From contig NZ_MWQY01000013.1 of the NCBI RefSeq assembly GCF_002087085.1, positions 62,001 through 126,000 of the forward strand: a stretch of DNA of 64,000 nucleotides, given 5' to 3'. Positions 1 to 9,114 of this stretch are shown here, in pieces. Within the stretch, counting starts at the first letter, position 1. The number at the start of each line of letters is the position of its first letter. Under the pieces are notes generated by a model, which was given only the letters and a program-made list of their open reading frames with translations, ran no database searches and was not told the DNA's origin. Both the position numbers and the translations under genes were made by a program.

Positions 1-582
1 CTGTACCGGAATCCGGTACGGGATCTTCTCAAGATTACCGATATCGAGGTGATCCATACCTACGAAGGTCTGAGAAACGACCTGGAACGCAGCTACGCCG
101 CAGCTCTACTGGCGGAACTCGTCGCAGCCAGCTACGGAGGCGGAGGTCCGGATTACCGCTACCCCTTCGGTCTGCTGCGCCGCTGTCTGATGGTTCTGGA
201 GACCGGGGACGCCAGGGCGGGCCGCCGGACGGTGTTCCAGTTTCTGCTTCGCTTTCTGCTGCACGCCGGCTTTCTGGGATCCCCCGGGGAGTGCGGTCGC
301 TGCGGAGTCGATTTTTCCCCCTCACAGGAGGTTTTCTTCTACAGCCGGGACGGAGAACTCATGTGCGGATCCTGCGCTGTGGAAGGGTCCCTCCCGGTCT
401 CTCCGGGGGTACGGCGTCATATGGAAGGGGCTTCAAAGTTCCCCCTGTCCAGGGCCCTGGAGATCGGGACAGACACATCTCTGGAGCAGGGGCTGGTCCG
501 CCTGCTGCGGGATCTTCTTCAGATTACCCTGAATCTGCAGTTGAAGTCCTTTGAGATCTATTTCGGGTTACCCGTCGTATGA
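1..582 (+). CDS. recO: DNA repair protein RecO (5'-truncated by window edge)
   Basis: Frame is open from position 1 (LYRNPVRDLLKITDIEVIHT). It contains the FLLRFLLHAGF helix and the CxxC...CxxC zinc finger (CGRC/CGSC) typical of RecO_C. Confidence 0.85.
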   Translation: MYRNPVRDLLKITDIEVIHTYEGLRNDLERSYAAALLAELVAASYGGGGPDYRYPFGLLRRCLMVLETGDARAGRRTVFQFLLRFLLHAGFLGSPGECGRCGVDFSPSQEVFFYSRDGELMCGSCAVEGSLPVSPGVRRHMEGASKFPLSRALEIGTDTSLEQGLVRLLRDLLQITLNLQLKSFEIYFGLPVV

Positions 583-1169
583 TAAAACTGAGGCTGTTTA
601 CCGCCCTGGTGCCGGAATCGGAGCTGATTAAGGGTATCATTGCCCTTCAGAAGACCTGCCGGCGAAGCGGCATGGAGAATCTGCGGTATATAGAGACAGA
701 AAACCTGCATGTAACGGTGAATTTCCTGGGGGATACCAGTCCACAGGATCTCAGTGTTCTGCATGAAATCCTGACGGGGGGAGTTTCCGTGCTGAAATCC
801 CCGGCGTTCCGGCCCCATACCCTGGGACTTTTTCCTTCCCCCCGGCGGGCGAGGAGTATCAACCTGCTGCTGGAAGACCCTGAGGGCAGCATGGATGCCA
901 TGTTCCGGCATCTCGACGGGACCTTAAGAGGCGCAGGTTTTCCGGGGGAGAGGCGGAGCTTCCGTCCTCACATCAGTTTCGGCCGTTTCCGGAGCCGCCG
1001 GGGTGAGCTGATGGAGGAGGATTCGCTGCCCTCTTTGACCGCGGGTATCAGGAGAATTTTCCGGTGCAGTGAGCTTGTTCTGTTCCGTTCGGAACTGGGA
1101 CCGGGCGGGGCGCGCTACTATCCCGAAGGACGGTACCGCTTCGGGAACCAGACAAATTTGGGAGATTGA
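579..1169 (+). CDS. thpR: RNA 2',3'-cyclic phosphodiesterase (2H phosphoesterase)
   Basis: RLFTAL N-terminus and two HxT/S motifs (NLHVTVNFLG, FRPHISFGR), with C-terminal LFRSELGPGGARY. Confidence 0.9.
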   Translation: MIKLRLFTALVPESELIKGIIALQKTCRRSGMENLRYIETENLHVTVNFLGDTSPQDLSVLHEILTGGVSVLKSPAFRPHTLGLFPSPRRARSINLLLEDPEGSMDAMFRHLDGTLRGAGFPGERRSFRPHISFGRFRSRRGELMEEDSLPSLTAGIRRIFRCSELVLFRSELGPGGARYYPEGRYRFGNQTNLGD

Positions 1170-1175
1170 TAAGGC

Positions 1176-3332
1176 ATGGTTTGGCAGAAATATCCTATAG
1201 AGAGCGATACGGTCAGGAAGATTTCCGAGGAGTTCGGAATCGATCTTCTTCTGGCATCCATTCTGGTACGGCGGAACCTGCATCGCAGGGAGGATATAAA
1301 GTTTATCCTCGAGGACGACCTCCTCTTTACCCATAACGCCTTTCTTTTTGTCGAAATGGAGGACGCGGTGGACCGGATCCACCAGGCTCTGGAGGAAGGG
1401 GAGAAGATCCTTATCTTCGGAGACCGCGACGTGGACGGAATCACCTCCACAGTTCTTCTTACCCAGACAATCCGGGATCTCGGAGGAGATGTGCGCTGGC
1501 AGGTTCCCATGGGAGACGATCCCTACGGTCTCAACATGGAGTCGGTGGAAAGGTTCGCCGCCGATGACGGCAGCCTGATCATTACGGTGGACTGCGGCAT
1601 CTCCAACAAGCAGGAGATAGAGCGTGCCCTGGAACTTGGAATCGAGACCCTGGTGGTCGATCATCACAATCCTCCCGAGGAACTCCCCCCGGCGGTTGCC
1701 ATTATCAATCCCAAGGTGGAGGACTGCGGTTATCCCTTCCGTGACCTGGCCGGCTGCGGAGTCGCATCCAAGCTGGTCTGGGCACTTCTTTTTTCCCGCT
1801 CCCCTTTTTACAACCAGAGTGTCTGTCTTCTGAACGTAAGGCCCGGAAACGACAGCTACTTTATCGAGGCGGTCAAGCTGGTCAACCTGGTGGAGACGGA
1901 CCGGGTTGTCGAGACCCTGAATCCGGGGATGGTGGGCCTCGCGGATACCCGGCTCTACCGTTTTCTCGAGGGCGAGGAGATCCTGGTTTACGATGCTGGC
2001 CCCCAGGAGAAGATGCTCCGGAAGATCTTCGGTCCTGATACGCTCATAGCCCTGATCGATCTTAAGCCGGAGATCGAACAGGTCTTTCCCGCCCTGCGGG
2101 GCAGGGGATCGAGTCTGCTGGCCCTGCGGGAGAAAAGCCGGATCGGCAAATACGAGAATTCCCGGCTGGAAGAGATCGACGTTCTCGCGAATCTTTTCCG
2201 CAGTTTTGTTCACCGGAAGGTACCCGCCCTGAACGAGGATTTTCCCCGCTGCCTGGACCTTGTGGCCCTGGGGACACTGGCGGATCTTATGCCCCTGGTG
2301 GACGAAAACCGCATCCTGGTGCGCCAGGGGCTCAAGGTCCTGAATTCCACGGGCAGAAAAGGCCTGCGGGAACTCCTCTTCCAGAAAAACCTGCTGGGAA
2401 AACGGATCGGGACCACCGACATCGCCTGGCAGCTGAGTCCCTCGATTAACGCAACCGGGCGTCTGGGCAGGCCGGATACGGCGGTGAATCTGCTTCTGAG
2501 TGACGACGATGCGCAGCTCAAGGAGCTTGCCGAAGAGGTGGACGCCCTGAACCGGGAACGGAAGAAGCTGGGAGAAACGGTATGGTCCAGGATTCTGCCG
2601 AAGACCAGAAAGAACCTGGACGAGATGAGCGGCAATATGGTGTTTATCTCCGATTCATCCATCCACCGCGGTATTACCGGAATCATCGCCTCCCGGTTGT
2701 CCAACACCATGAAGGTCCCGGCGGTTGTTGTGGCCCACTTTGACGGCAAAGCCGTGGGATCGGTACGTTGCGACCCTCCCTTTAATGTGCGCAGCTTTCT
2801 CTCCAACTTTGAAGACCTCTTCTTTGATTACGGCGGGCACGACTGCGCCGGAGGCTTTTCCATGCCGGAGGAGCATTTTGAGAACTTTACCCACCGGGTA
2901 CGCACCTTTGCCAAGGGAATCGAACCGGTGGAGACCGTGGAAGAGCGCCTTTCCATCGATGCGGAGCTGCCGCCGGCTTATATGAAGCCGGAACTCATCA
3001 CAGTCCAGGAGAGCTTCGAACCCTACGGCGAGGCAAACCCTCCCCTGGTCTTTCTCGCCCGGGGCATGAAGATTCTGCAGGCCGACCTGATGGGGAAAAA
3101 AGAGGTGGTTCACCTGAAACTTCTTCTGGAAGGGGGTGTCCACAAGTGGCCGGCGGTCTACTGGAACGCCGCACCCCGTCTGGGCCGGGATTTTCAGATC
3201 GGGGATACCGTGGATGTGGCCTTCCGGCTGGGGAGGAACTATTTCAACAACACCGAGACCCTGCAGCTGACGGTTCTGGATCTTCACAGGCCGGAGGATG
3301 TACACCTCGTGGAAGAGAGACCTGCTGAATGA
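1176..3332 (+). CDS. recJ: ssDNA-specific exonuclease RecJ
   Basis: Motifs GDRDVDG, ITVDCG, DHH, LAGCGVA, LGTLAD, PSINATGRL, GSVR, YGGH and EPYGEANP. Confidence 0.95.
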   Translation: MVWQKYPIESDTVRKISEEFGIDLLLASILVRRNLHRREDIKFILEDDLLFTHNAFLFVEMEDAVDRIHQALEEGEKILIFGDRDVDGITSTVLLTQTIRDLGGDVRWQVPMGDDPYGLNMESVERFAADDGSLIITVDCGISNKQEIERALELGIETLVVDHHNPPEELPPAVAIINPKVEDCGYPFRDLAGCGVASKLVWALLFSRSPFYNQSVCLLNVRPGNDSYFIEAVKLVNLVETDRVVETLNPGMVGLADTRLYRFLEGEEILVYDAGPQEKMLRKIFGPDTLIALIDLKPEIEQVFPALRGRGSSLLALREKSRIGKYENSRLEEIDVLANLFRSFVHRKVPALNEDFPRCLDLVALGTLADLMPLVDENRILVRQGLKVLNSTGRKGLRELLFQKNLLGKRIGTTDIAWQLSPSINATGRLGRPDTAVNLLLSDDDAQLKELAEEVDALNRERKKLGETVWSRILPKTRKNLDEMSGNMVFISDSSIHRGITGIIASRLSNTMKVPAVVVAHFDGKAVGSVRCDPPFNVRSFLSNFEDLFFDYGGHDCAGGFSMPEEHFENFTHRVRTFAKGIEPVETVEERLSIDAELPPAYMKPELITVQESFEPYGEANPPLVFLARGMKILQADLMGKKEVVHLKLLLEGGVHKWPAVYWNAAPRLGRDFQIGDTVDVAFRLGRNYFNNTETLQLTVLDLHRPEDVHLVEERPAE

Positions 3333-4234
3333 AGCGTCTCCCCGTGTCCGTTGCGCTGCTGCTGGTTCCGCTTCTTCTGCTCTCCGCCTGGGATGTGGAT
3401 CTCTCCCTGGCGGCCCCCGGAGGGATTGTCAGCGTCGTCTCCCATGAGGGGGATGAGCTTGCCGGAGGAGCTGAACTCCGATACCAGGGACGGACTCTGA
3501 GTGCTTCGGAAGCCATAAGCACGGAGGAAAGTTACATCATCCTGCTTCCCATTCCCTGCGATCTTTCGGGATCCCTGATCGAGCTGTATGTAAGGGATGC
3601 CGGAGATGCTCTGACGAGTCTGGAGATTCCGATAGCGGTCAGGGAGTTTATCCATGAGGAGATTCCCCTGAGTATCGCCATGTCAGAGCTGCGGCAGAGT
3701 GATGATCCCAGAAAAATCGAGGAGTCCCGCCGGATGTGGGAGCTCCTCGGCCGTTTTGATCCGGCAGCTTCTCTTGCAGAGGAGGTACTCATCCTTCCCG
3801 TGGGGGAGGCCAGGAAGAGCAGCAGCTACGGTGACCGGAGACTTTTTATCTATACCGACGGAGAAAAAAGCAGGTCCCTGCATTACGGTATCGATTACGC
3901 TGTTCCGGTGGGTACCAGCGTTGCAGCAGCGGCGGGGGGGAGGGTTGTACTGGCTGCGGAGCGGATGCTCACCGGATTCTCCATCGTCCTGGAACACGGA
4001 CCGGGAATCTTCTCAATTTATTATCATCTCGATGCGCTTGCTGTTGAGGAGGGTGAGTTTGTGGAACAGGGGGATATCCTGGGTACCAGCGGTATGACGG
4101 GGCTTGCTACGGGCCCGCATCTGCACTGGGAACTGAGAATAAACCGGATCCCCGTGGATCCTCTGCTCTTTACCGCCCGCCCCTTTGTTTCCTCCGGGAC
4201 GGCATCATCCCTGAACGTGGATACTGATCCGTGA
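3329..4234 (+). CDS. M23 family metallopeptidase, exported
   Basis: Signal peptide, HYGIDY (HxxxD), YYHL and TGPHLHWE (HxH). Confidence 0.9.
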   Translation: MKRLPVSVALLLVPLLLLSAWDVDLSLAAPGGIVSVVSHEGDELAGGAELRYQGRTLSASEAISTEESYIILLPIPCDLSGSLIELYVRDAGDALTSLEIPIAVREFIHEEIPLSIAMSELRQSDDPRKIEESRRMWELLGRFDPAASLAEEVLILPVGEARKSSSYGDRRLFIYTDGEKSRSLHYGIDYAVPVGTSVAAAAGGRVVLAAERMLTGFSIVLEHGPGIFSIYYHLDALAVEEGEFVEQGDILGTSGMTGLATGPHLHWELRINRIPVDPLLFTARPFVSSGTASSLNVDTDP

Positions 4235-4236
4235 GC

Positions 4237-4265
4237 TTGACACTCCAAAGCTAATACTATTTAAT
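4237..4265 (+). promoter_or_regulatory. sigma70-type promoter for rpsU
   Basis: TTGACA (4237-4242), 17 nt spacer, TTTAAT (4260-4265). Confidence 0.65.
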
Positions 4266-4309
4266 AAAACGGACGTATGTATTCTTACTGCGAAAGGGGG
4301 TGATTTTCT

Positions 4310-4519
4310 ATCGCTAACATTCGAATAGACGAAGGCGAACCCTTGGAAAAGGCAATCAAACGTTTCAAGCGGATGGTTGAAAAAGAGGGCATTATCCGGG
4401 AATGGAAGAAACGGGAATATTATGAAAAGCCTTCCACCATTAAAAACCGCAAGAAAAAGGCCATGGAGCGCAAACAGATGAAGAAGCTCCGCAAGATTCA
4501 GGCCTCAAAGAACTACTAA
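4310..4519 (+). CDS. rpsU: 30S ribosomal protein S21 (non-canonical ATC start; not in the ORF track)
   Basis: Hand translation gives (M)[68 protein letters not shown], 69 aa, with the S21 signature [18 protein letters not shown] at 4296-4303. Confidence 0.95.
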   Translation: MANIRIDEGEPLEKAIKRFKRMVEKEGIIREWKKREYYEKPSTIKNRKKKAMERKQMKKLRKIQASKNY

Positions 4520-4550
4520 ACCTAAAGAAAACGCGTAACAGCGTTAACAG

Positions 4551-4581
4551 GAGGCCTCCCTTTGTGGGGCCTCTTTCTTTT
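4551..4581 (+). terminator. intrinsic terminator after rpsU
   Basis: GAGGCCTC/GGGGCCTC stem followed by TTTCTTTT. Confidence 0.8.
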
Positions 4582-4658
4582 CCCGCCGGGAGTTCCGCTG
4601 CAGTTTCGATTGTTTGCGGGATACCTGAAGGCGATTTTCTTGACTCGGGAGGAATTAG

Positions 4659-5642
4659 ATGATAGATCTGTCGACAAACTACTTGGGTATTAATCTGCGA
4701 AATCCGATCATCGTTGCGAGTTCAGGTATGACCTCCTCGGCGGAGAAAATCGCCGAATGCGAGAAGGCCGGTGCCGGTGCGGTGGTTATCAAGAGCCTTT
4801 TTGAGGAACAGATTAACCTGGAAACCGCTGAAATGATGAAGAGTATGGACTATACGGCCCATACCGATGCCTTTGATTATTTTACCGGCACAAGTAAACA
4901 CCAGCATATAGACGAATACGTCGAACTCATTGAATCTGCAAAGTCACGGGTTTCCATTCCTGTAATCGGGAGCGTAAACTGTGTCAGCCCGGGAAGCTGG
5001 ATTGAGTACGCCGGACGCCTCGAGAAGGCGGGAATTGACGCCCTGGAGGTCAACGTCTTTATCATGCCCGCCGACGCGGAACAGGACAGCAGCAGCATTG
5101 AAGACCGCTACATAGCCATCCTCCGGGAGATCAAGCGGCATGTCTCTGTCCCTGTGTCCCTCAAGATCGGTCCCCATTTTTCCGGCCTGGCCAATGTAAT
5201 CAAGCGGTTTGAAAACAACGGTGCCAACGGGGTGGTCCTCTTTAACCGCTTCTACCGTCCCGATGTCGACATAGAGAACATGAAGATCATTCCCGCCAAG
5301 GTATACAGCGTCCAGCAGGAGATCTCCCTCTCTCTGCAGTGGATCGCCCTTCTTTCCGGGGAACTCGACATACACTTCGCCGCCGCAACGGGAATCCATG
5401 ACGGAAAAGGGGTTATCAAACAGCTCCTGGCGGGTGCCCGGGCTACCCAGCTCTGTTCCACCCTGTACCGGAACGGCATAAGCCACATTCAGCGAATCCT
5501 CGTGGAGGTCGAAGAGTGGATGAACCGTCACAATTTCAGGACGATTGACGAGTTCCGGGGAAAACTGAGCCGTGAAAACGTCAGGAATCCGGAAATATTC
5601 GAACGATCCCAGTACATCAAGGCCCTTGTAGGTATCAGCTGA
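4659..5642 (+). CDS. dihydroorotate dehydrogenase-like flavoprotein
   Basis: LRNPIIVASS, GAGAVVIKS, PVIGSVN, GVVLFNRF and ATGIHDG...LLAGA FMN TIM-barrel motifs. SD GGAGG. Confidence 0.85.
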   Translation: MIDLSTNYLGINLRNPIIVASSGMTSSAEKIAECEKAGAGAVVIKSLFEEQINLETAEMMKSMDYTAHTDAFDYFTGTSKHQHIDEYVELIESAKSRVSIPVIGSVNCVSPGSWIEYAGRLEKAGIDALEVNVFIMPADAEQDSSSIEDRYIAILREIKRHVSVPVSLKIGPHFSGLANVIKRFENNGANGVVLFNRFYRPDVDIENMKIIPAKVYSVQQEISLSLQWIALLSGELDIHFAAATGIHDGKGVIKQLLAGARATQLCSTLYRNGISHIQRILVEVEEWMNRHNFRTIDEFRGKLSRENVRNPEIFERSQYIKALVGIS

Positions 5643-5652
5643 GGGGAAGGGT

Positions 5653-6219
5653 ATGGAAGAGGAGGAAATCCTCGATCTCGTGGACGAAAATGACCGGGTA
5701 ATAGGCCAGGCCCGGCGCAGTCTTTGTCACGGGAACCCGGACTATCTGCATCGGGCGGTCCATCTGATTGTCATGAACCCGGAAAGGGAAATCTATCTCC
5801 AGCGCAGGAATCCGGATAAACAGGTCCAGCCGGATAAATGGGATACCTCCGTCGGCGGACACATTCCTTCCGGAGAAGATTATGTGGATGCCGTGTTCCG
5901 TGAAGCCGACGAGGAGCTCGGTTTACGGGATTTTGTTCCCTGTTTTATGTATCGCTACATAATGCATAATGATTTTGAGTCGGAATACGTGGGGACCTTC
6001 GTATGTGTATGCGACAGTGCATTGCGGCCCAATCCCGACGAAATTTGTGACGGACGGTTCTGGAAGGAGTCTGAGATCAGGAAATCTCTGGGCACCAGGC
6101 TATTCACTCCCAACTTTGAAGATGAATATCACCGTTTTATTCTGTGGCGCCGGAATAATCCCCGGCGTTACCGGGCCCTTTTTTCCCCGGACAGGACACA
6201 CTGCAAGGAGATAGTGTAA
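5653..6219 (+). CDS. NUDIX hydrolase (IDI/YfcD-like)
   Basis: HRAVH, LQRR, WDTSVGGH and Nudix box GE...A..READEELG. Confidence 0.9.
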   Translation: MEEEEILDLVDENDRVIGQARRSLCHGNPDYLHRAVHLIVMNPEREIYLQRRNPDKQVQPDKWDTSVGGHIPSGEDYVDAVFREADEELGLRDFVPCFMYRYIMHNDFESEYVGTFVCVCDSALRPNPDEICDGRFWKESEIRKSLGTRLFTPNFEDEYHRFILWRRNNPRRYRALFSPDRTHCKEIV

Positions 6220-7352
6220 TGGAGCAGGCAGATGAGTTTAAGGATATCAGGCCCTATCGGGACGACGAAATAAGGGAGGTCCTGTTACGAATAGCCAGGC
6301 ACCCCTGGATTGCCGAACTGGTACGGCGCTACCGCTTTCCCTATATCAGTAAAAGGGTGTTTCCCCTTGTCCGTCCGCTGGTCAGCTGGGGGCTCTCTTC
6401 AAAGGTGAAGCAGGTCAGATCTGTGGACCAGTTCCAGCGTGAGTTTATCGTCAAGCTGGTTCTGGACACTATCCGCAGAAAATCCACCGACGGCATCAGT
6501 GCTGACGGTCTCGATGCTCTCAACCGGGACACCTCCTATCTGTTTATCAGCAACCACCGGGACATAACCCTTGATCCCGCCTATATAAACTACTTCCTGG
6601 CCCTCCATGATCTGAATATAACCGAGATAGCTTTCGGTGATAATCTGATGATTAACGATCTGGTAGCGGACCTGATCCGAGTCAACCGATCCTTTATCGT
6701 ACACCGCGGATTGTCTCCCCGGGAGCAGCTGGCTTCATCCATCAGGCTTTCCCGCTATATCGACTCCCGTATACAGGAGGGGCAGTCAATCTGGATAGCC
6801 CAGCGGGAGGGCAGGGCCAAAGACGGGGATGACCGTACGAATCCGGCGGTCATCAAGATGCTCTACCTGGCTCACCGGAAGAGTGATGTTGACTATACGG
6901 AAATGGTCCGGCGTTATTGCATAGTACCGGTGGCGGTCTCCTACGAATTCGATCCCTGCGACCGGATGAAAGCCTGGGAGATCTACCGCAAGGAGAACAA
7001 AGGCACCCACTCCAAGGGAAAATTTGAAGACCTGGCCAGCATGTACGCCGGAATACAGGGCTACAAGGGGCGTATCCATTATCAGTACTGCGAACCTCTG
7101 ACCGGTGAGTATTCTTCGGAAAAAGAGGTGGCCGAAGCCATCGACAGGGCAATACACAGAGGCTACCGGCTCTGGCCGAATAATTATATCGGGTATGACC
7201 TTCTCCACGGCGGATCAAAGTATCTGGACAGGTACAGCCAGGAGGAGCTCGAAACCTTTAATGCCCGTTTCCGGCGCCTTCCCCCCCAGGTGCGGACAAA
7301 GGCCTGGGCCGCCTACGCAAAACCGGTTGAAAACCGGGAGGCTCTTGATTAA
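6219..7352 (+). CDS. glycerolipid acyltransferase (PlsC superfamily)
   Basis: SNHRDITLD (HxxxxD), WIAQREGRAKDG and IVPVAVSYEFDP. Confidence 0.85.
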   Translation: MEQADEFKDIRPYRDDEIREVLLRIARHPWIAELVRRYRFPYISKRVFPLVRPLVSWGLSSKVKQVRSVDQFQREFIVKLVLDTIRRKSTDGISADGLDALNRDTSYLFISNHRDITLDPAYINYFLALHDLNITEIAFGDNLMINDLVADLIRVNRSFIVHRGLSPREQLASSIRLSRYIDSRIQEGQSIWIAQREGRAKDGDDRTNPAVIKMLYLAHRKSDVDYTEMVRRYCIVPVAVSYEFDPCDRMKAWEIYRKENKGTHSKGKFEDLASMYAGIQGYKGRIHYQYCEPLTGEYSSEKEVAEAIDRAIHRGYRLWPNNYIGYDLLHGGSKYLDRYSQEELETFNARFRRLPPQVRTKAWAAYAKPVENREALD

Positions 7353-7354
7353 GA

Positions 7355-8452
7355 ATGATGAGAGACTCTCTTGTTCTCAAATCCCTGGAGCGTACGGGGT
7401 CCCGGCACGGCCGGGAGATAGTATTAAGCTTCACTGCTTCGATTCCCGGAGAGATGCCCGGAGAATGGATCCATCTGCCTTCGCTGAACCGGGTACGTCT
7501 GAAACCCGTAAAGGGCAGGGATGCCGACGCATCGACGGCCCGGATCAAAGGCCTGGGCAGGGACGCACTGCAGAGGGGAGATCGTTTTATCCCTCTGAAT
7601 TCCCCCGGGGTCTCTTCTAAGCGATTCTTCGGGTATCTTGACTTCCGGCCCCGTCTGCCCCTATCCGGAGAGTTTGAACGGCAGCGCGAAAAGGTCCGGT
7701 TTCGAGTCAGTGCCGCCCCGGAAAAGGGAGCGGGGATTGTCCTCCTTGAGTTTCTGCGTCCCCTGGACCTTGTGGCGGGGGAGTCTGTCAATCTCGGAGA
7801 GGGGAGATTTACCCCCCTGACTGTGCACTGTTACCGGAAAATCAGCCGGGATACCATACCCTTCAAGGCTCAGGGCTGGATGCCGAAGAGCGGAGCAGAA
7901 GTCCCCGAAGGAACCCTGAAGAGCGCCGAAACCTTTGGGGACTTTCTCTTTTTTTCTCCCTGGCTGGAATGGGTTCGGGGTGAATTGCAGGCAGAGTCCC
8001 GAAAGGAGGGGGGACTCGAAACCGGCAGAATCAGTTCTCTCCTGGGCCTTCCCCCTTACATGATTCCCGACTTATTGTCCCTCCTTGCCCGGAAGAACTG
8101 GTTTTATCCCCGGAAGGGTATTCTGCTCGATGCAGGATGGGACTATTCATCCTCACTCTCGCCCATGTCCCGGGGGATTCTGGGGCAGCTGAGGAGCGAG
8201 GGATTTTTAATGGAAAAGATCGCCGGATCTCCCCGTCACCAGGCACTGCAACTGCTGGTAAGGACCGGTCTTGCGGTGGAAATAGAAGCAGGGCTCTTTA
8301 TGGAGTCGAAGTATCAGACCGAGGTGTATCAGAAGGTTGCGGAAATCAGGTCACAGGATCCGGATACAGGTCTGTCTGAAATCGCCCGACGCACGGGACT
8401 GAAAAAACGTCTGCTTATTTCCCTGTTACAGTACGGAGATGAAAAGGAGTGA
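7355..8452 (+). CDS. hypothetical protein resembling SelB domains II-IV without the GTPase domain
   Basis: KGLGRDALQRGD resembles EF-Tu/SelB domain II. Tandem winged-helix-like segments end in GLKKRLLISLLQYGD, resembling SelB GLSRKYAIPLLEYLD. Confidence 0.55.
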   Translation: MMRDSLVLKSLERTGSRHGREIVLSFTASIPGEMPGEWIHLPSLNRVRLKPVKGRDADASTARIKGLGRDALQRGDRFIPLNSPGVSSKRFFGYLDFRPRLPLSGEFERQREKVRFRVSAAPEKGAGIVLLEFLRPLDLVAGESVNLGEGRFTPLTVHCYRKISRDTIPFKAQGWMPKSGAEVPEGTLKSAETFGDFLFFSPWLEWVRGELQAESRKEGGLETGRISSLLGLPPYMIPDLLSLLARKNWFYPRKGILLDAGWDYSSSLSPMSRGILGQLRSEGFLMEKIAGSPRHQALQLLVRTGLAVEIEAGLFMESKYQTEVYQKVAEIRSQDPDTGLSEIARRTGLKKRLLISLLQYGDEKE

Positions 8453-9114
8453 AACAACGGCAGCTGTCTGGTCTTGTTGTGTCGGGGCTGCTTGCCCTGA
8501 TCCTGGGGGCCTGTACTGCCGCCCCGCCGCGTATAGAAGGGGTATCCTGGGAGGTCTTTCGCATCCTTTCCCCCGATTCCGGATCGGTGCGTGAAGAGCT
8601 TTCCCTGTTTATCCGGGCGGAGGATGACGACGGAAGGGCGGATCTGGAAGAGCTCTACCTGCTTCATCCGGAGAGCCGCCTCTATTGGCGCCTTTTTCCT
8701 GAAACATGGGAGGAACGTACCCGGGGAAACACAACCTGGACAGGTTCATCAGGTTTTTCGGGAGTCGAAGGGGTTCCCCGGGGGGAATATCTGCTTGTCC
8801 TTCTTGACCGTGCAGGGGAACGCACAGAGGAGAGGATATTCATCGACCTGCCGCCTTTCAGCGCTTCCGCCGCTGATGAGGAGTATCCGCGACTGGTCCG
8901 GCAGGGACCGGTCTTTCTGATTGATTCATCCGAATCCGAACCCTGTTATATTCTCGGTCAGGATACCGAAGGCAGGGTGCTGGTCTCCGCAGAAACAGTG
9001 CAGGGAAGCTTCGATCCCCGGGAATACACGCAGAACGAGGCGGGAACCAATCTTGAGTGGTATGTTTTTGTCTCCGATTCCCGCGGCTGGTATAGGGGCA
9101 GCGGTCCTTACTGA
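8449..9114 (+). CDS. putative lipoprotein
   Basis: Basic n-region, hydrophobic stretch and lipobox LGAC. GTG start overlaps the previous stop, with SD AAGGAG. Confidence 0.7.
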   Translation: MKQRQLSGLVVSGLLALILGACTAAPPRIEGVSWEVFRILSPDSGSVREELSLFIRAEDDDGRADLEELYLLHPESRLYWRLFPETWEERTRGNTTWTGSSGFSGVEGVPRGEYLLVLLDRAGERTEERIFIDLPPFSASAADEEYPRLVRQGPVFLIDSSESEPCYILGQDTEGRVLVSAETVQGSFDPREYTQNEAGTNLEWYVFVSDSRGWYRGSGPY

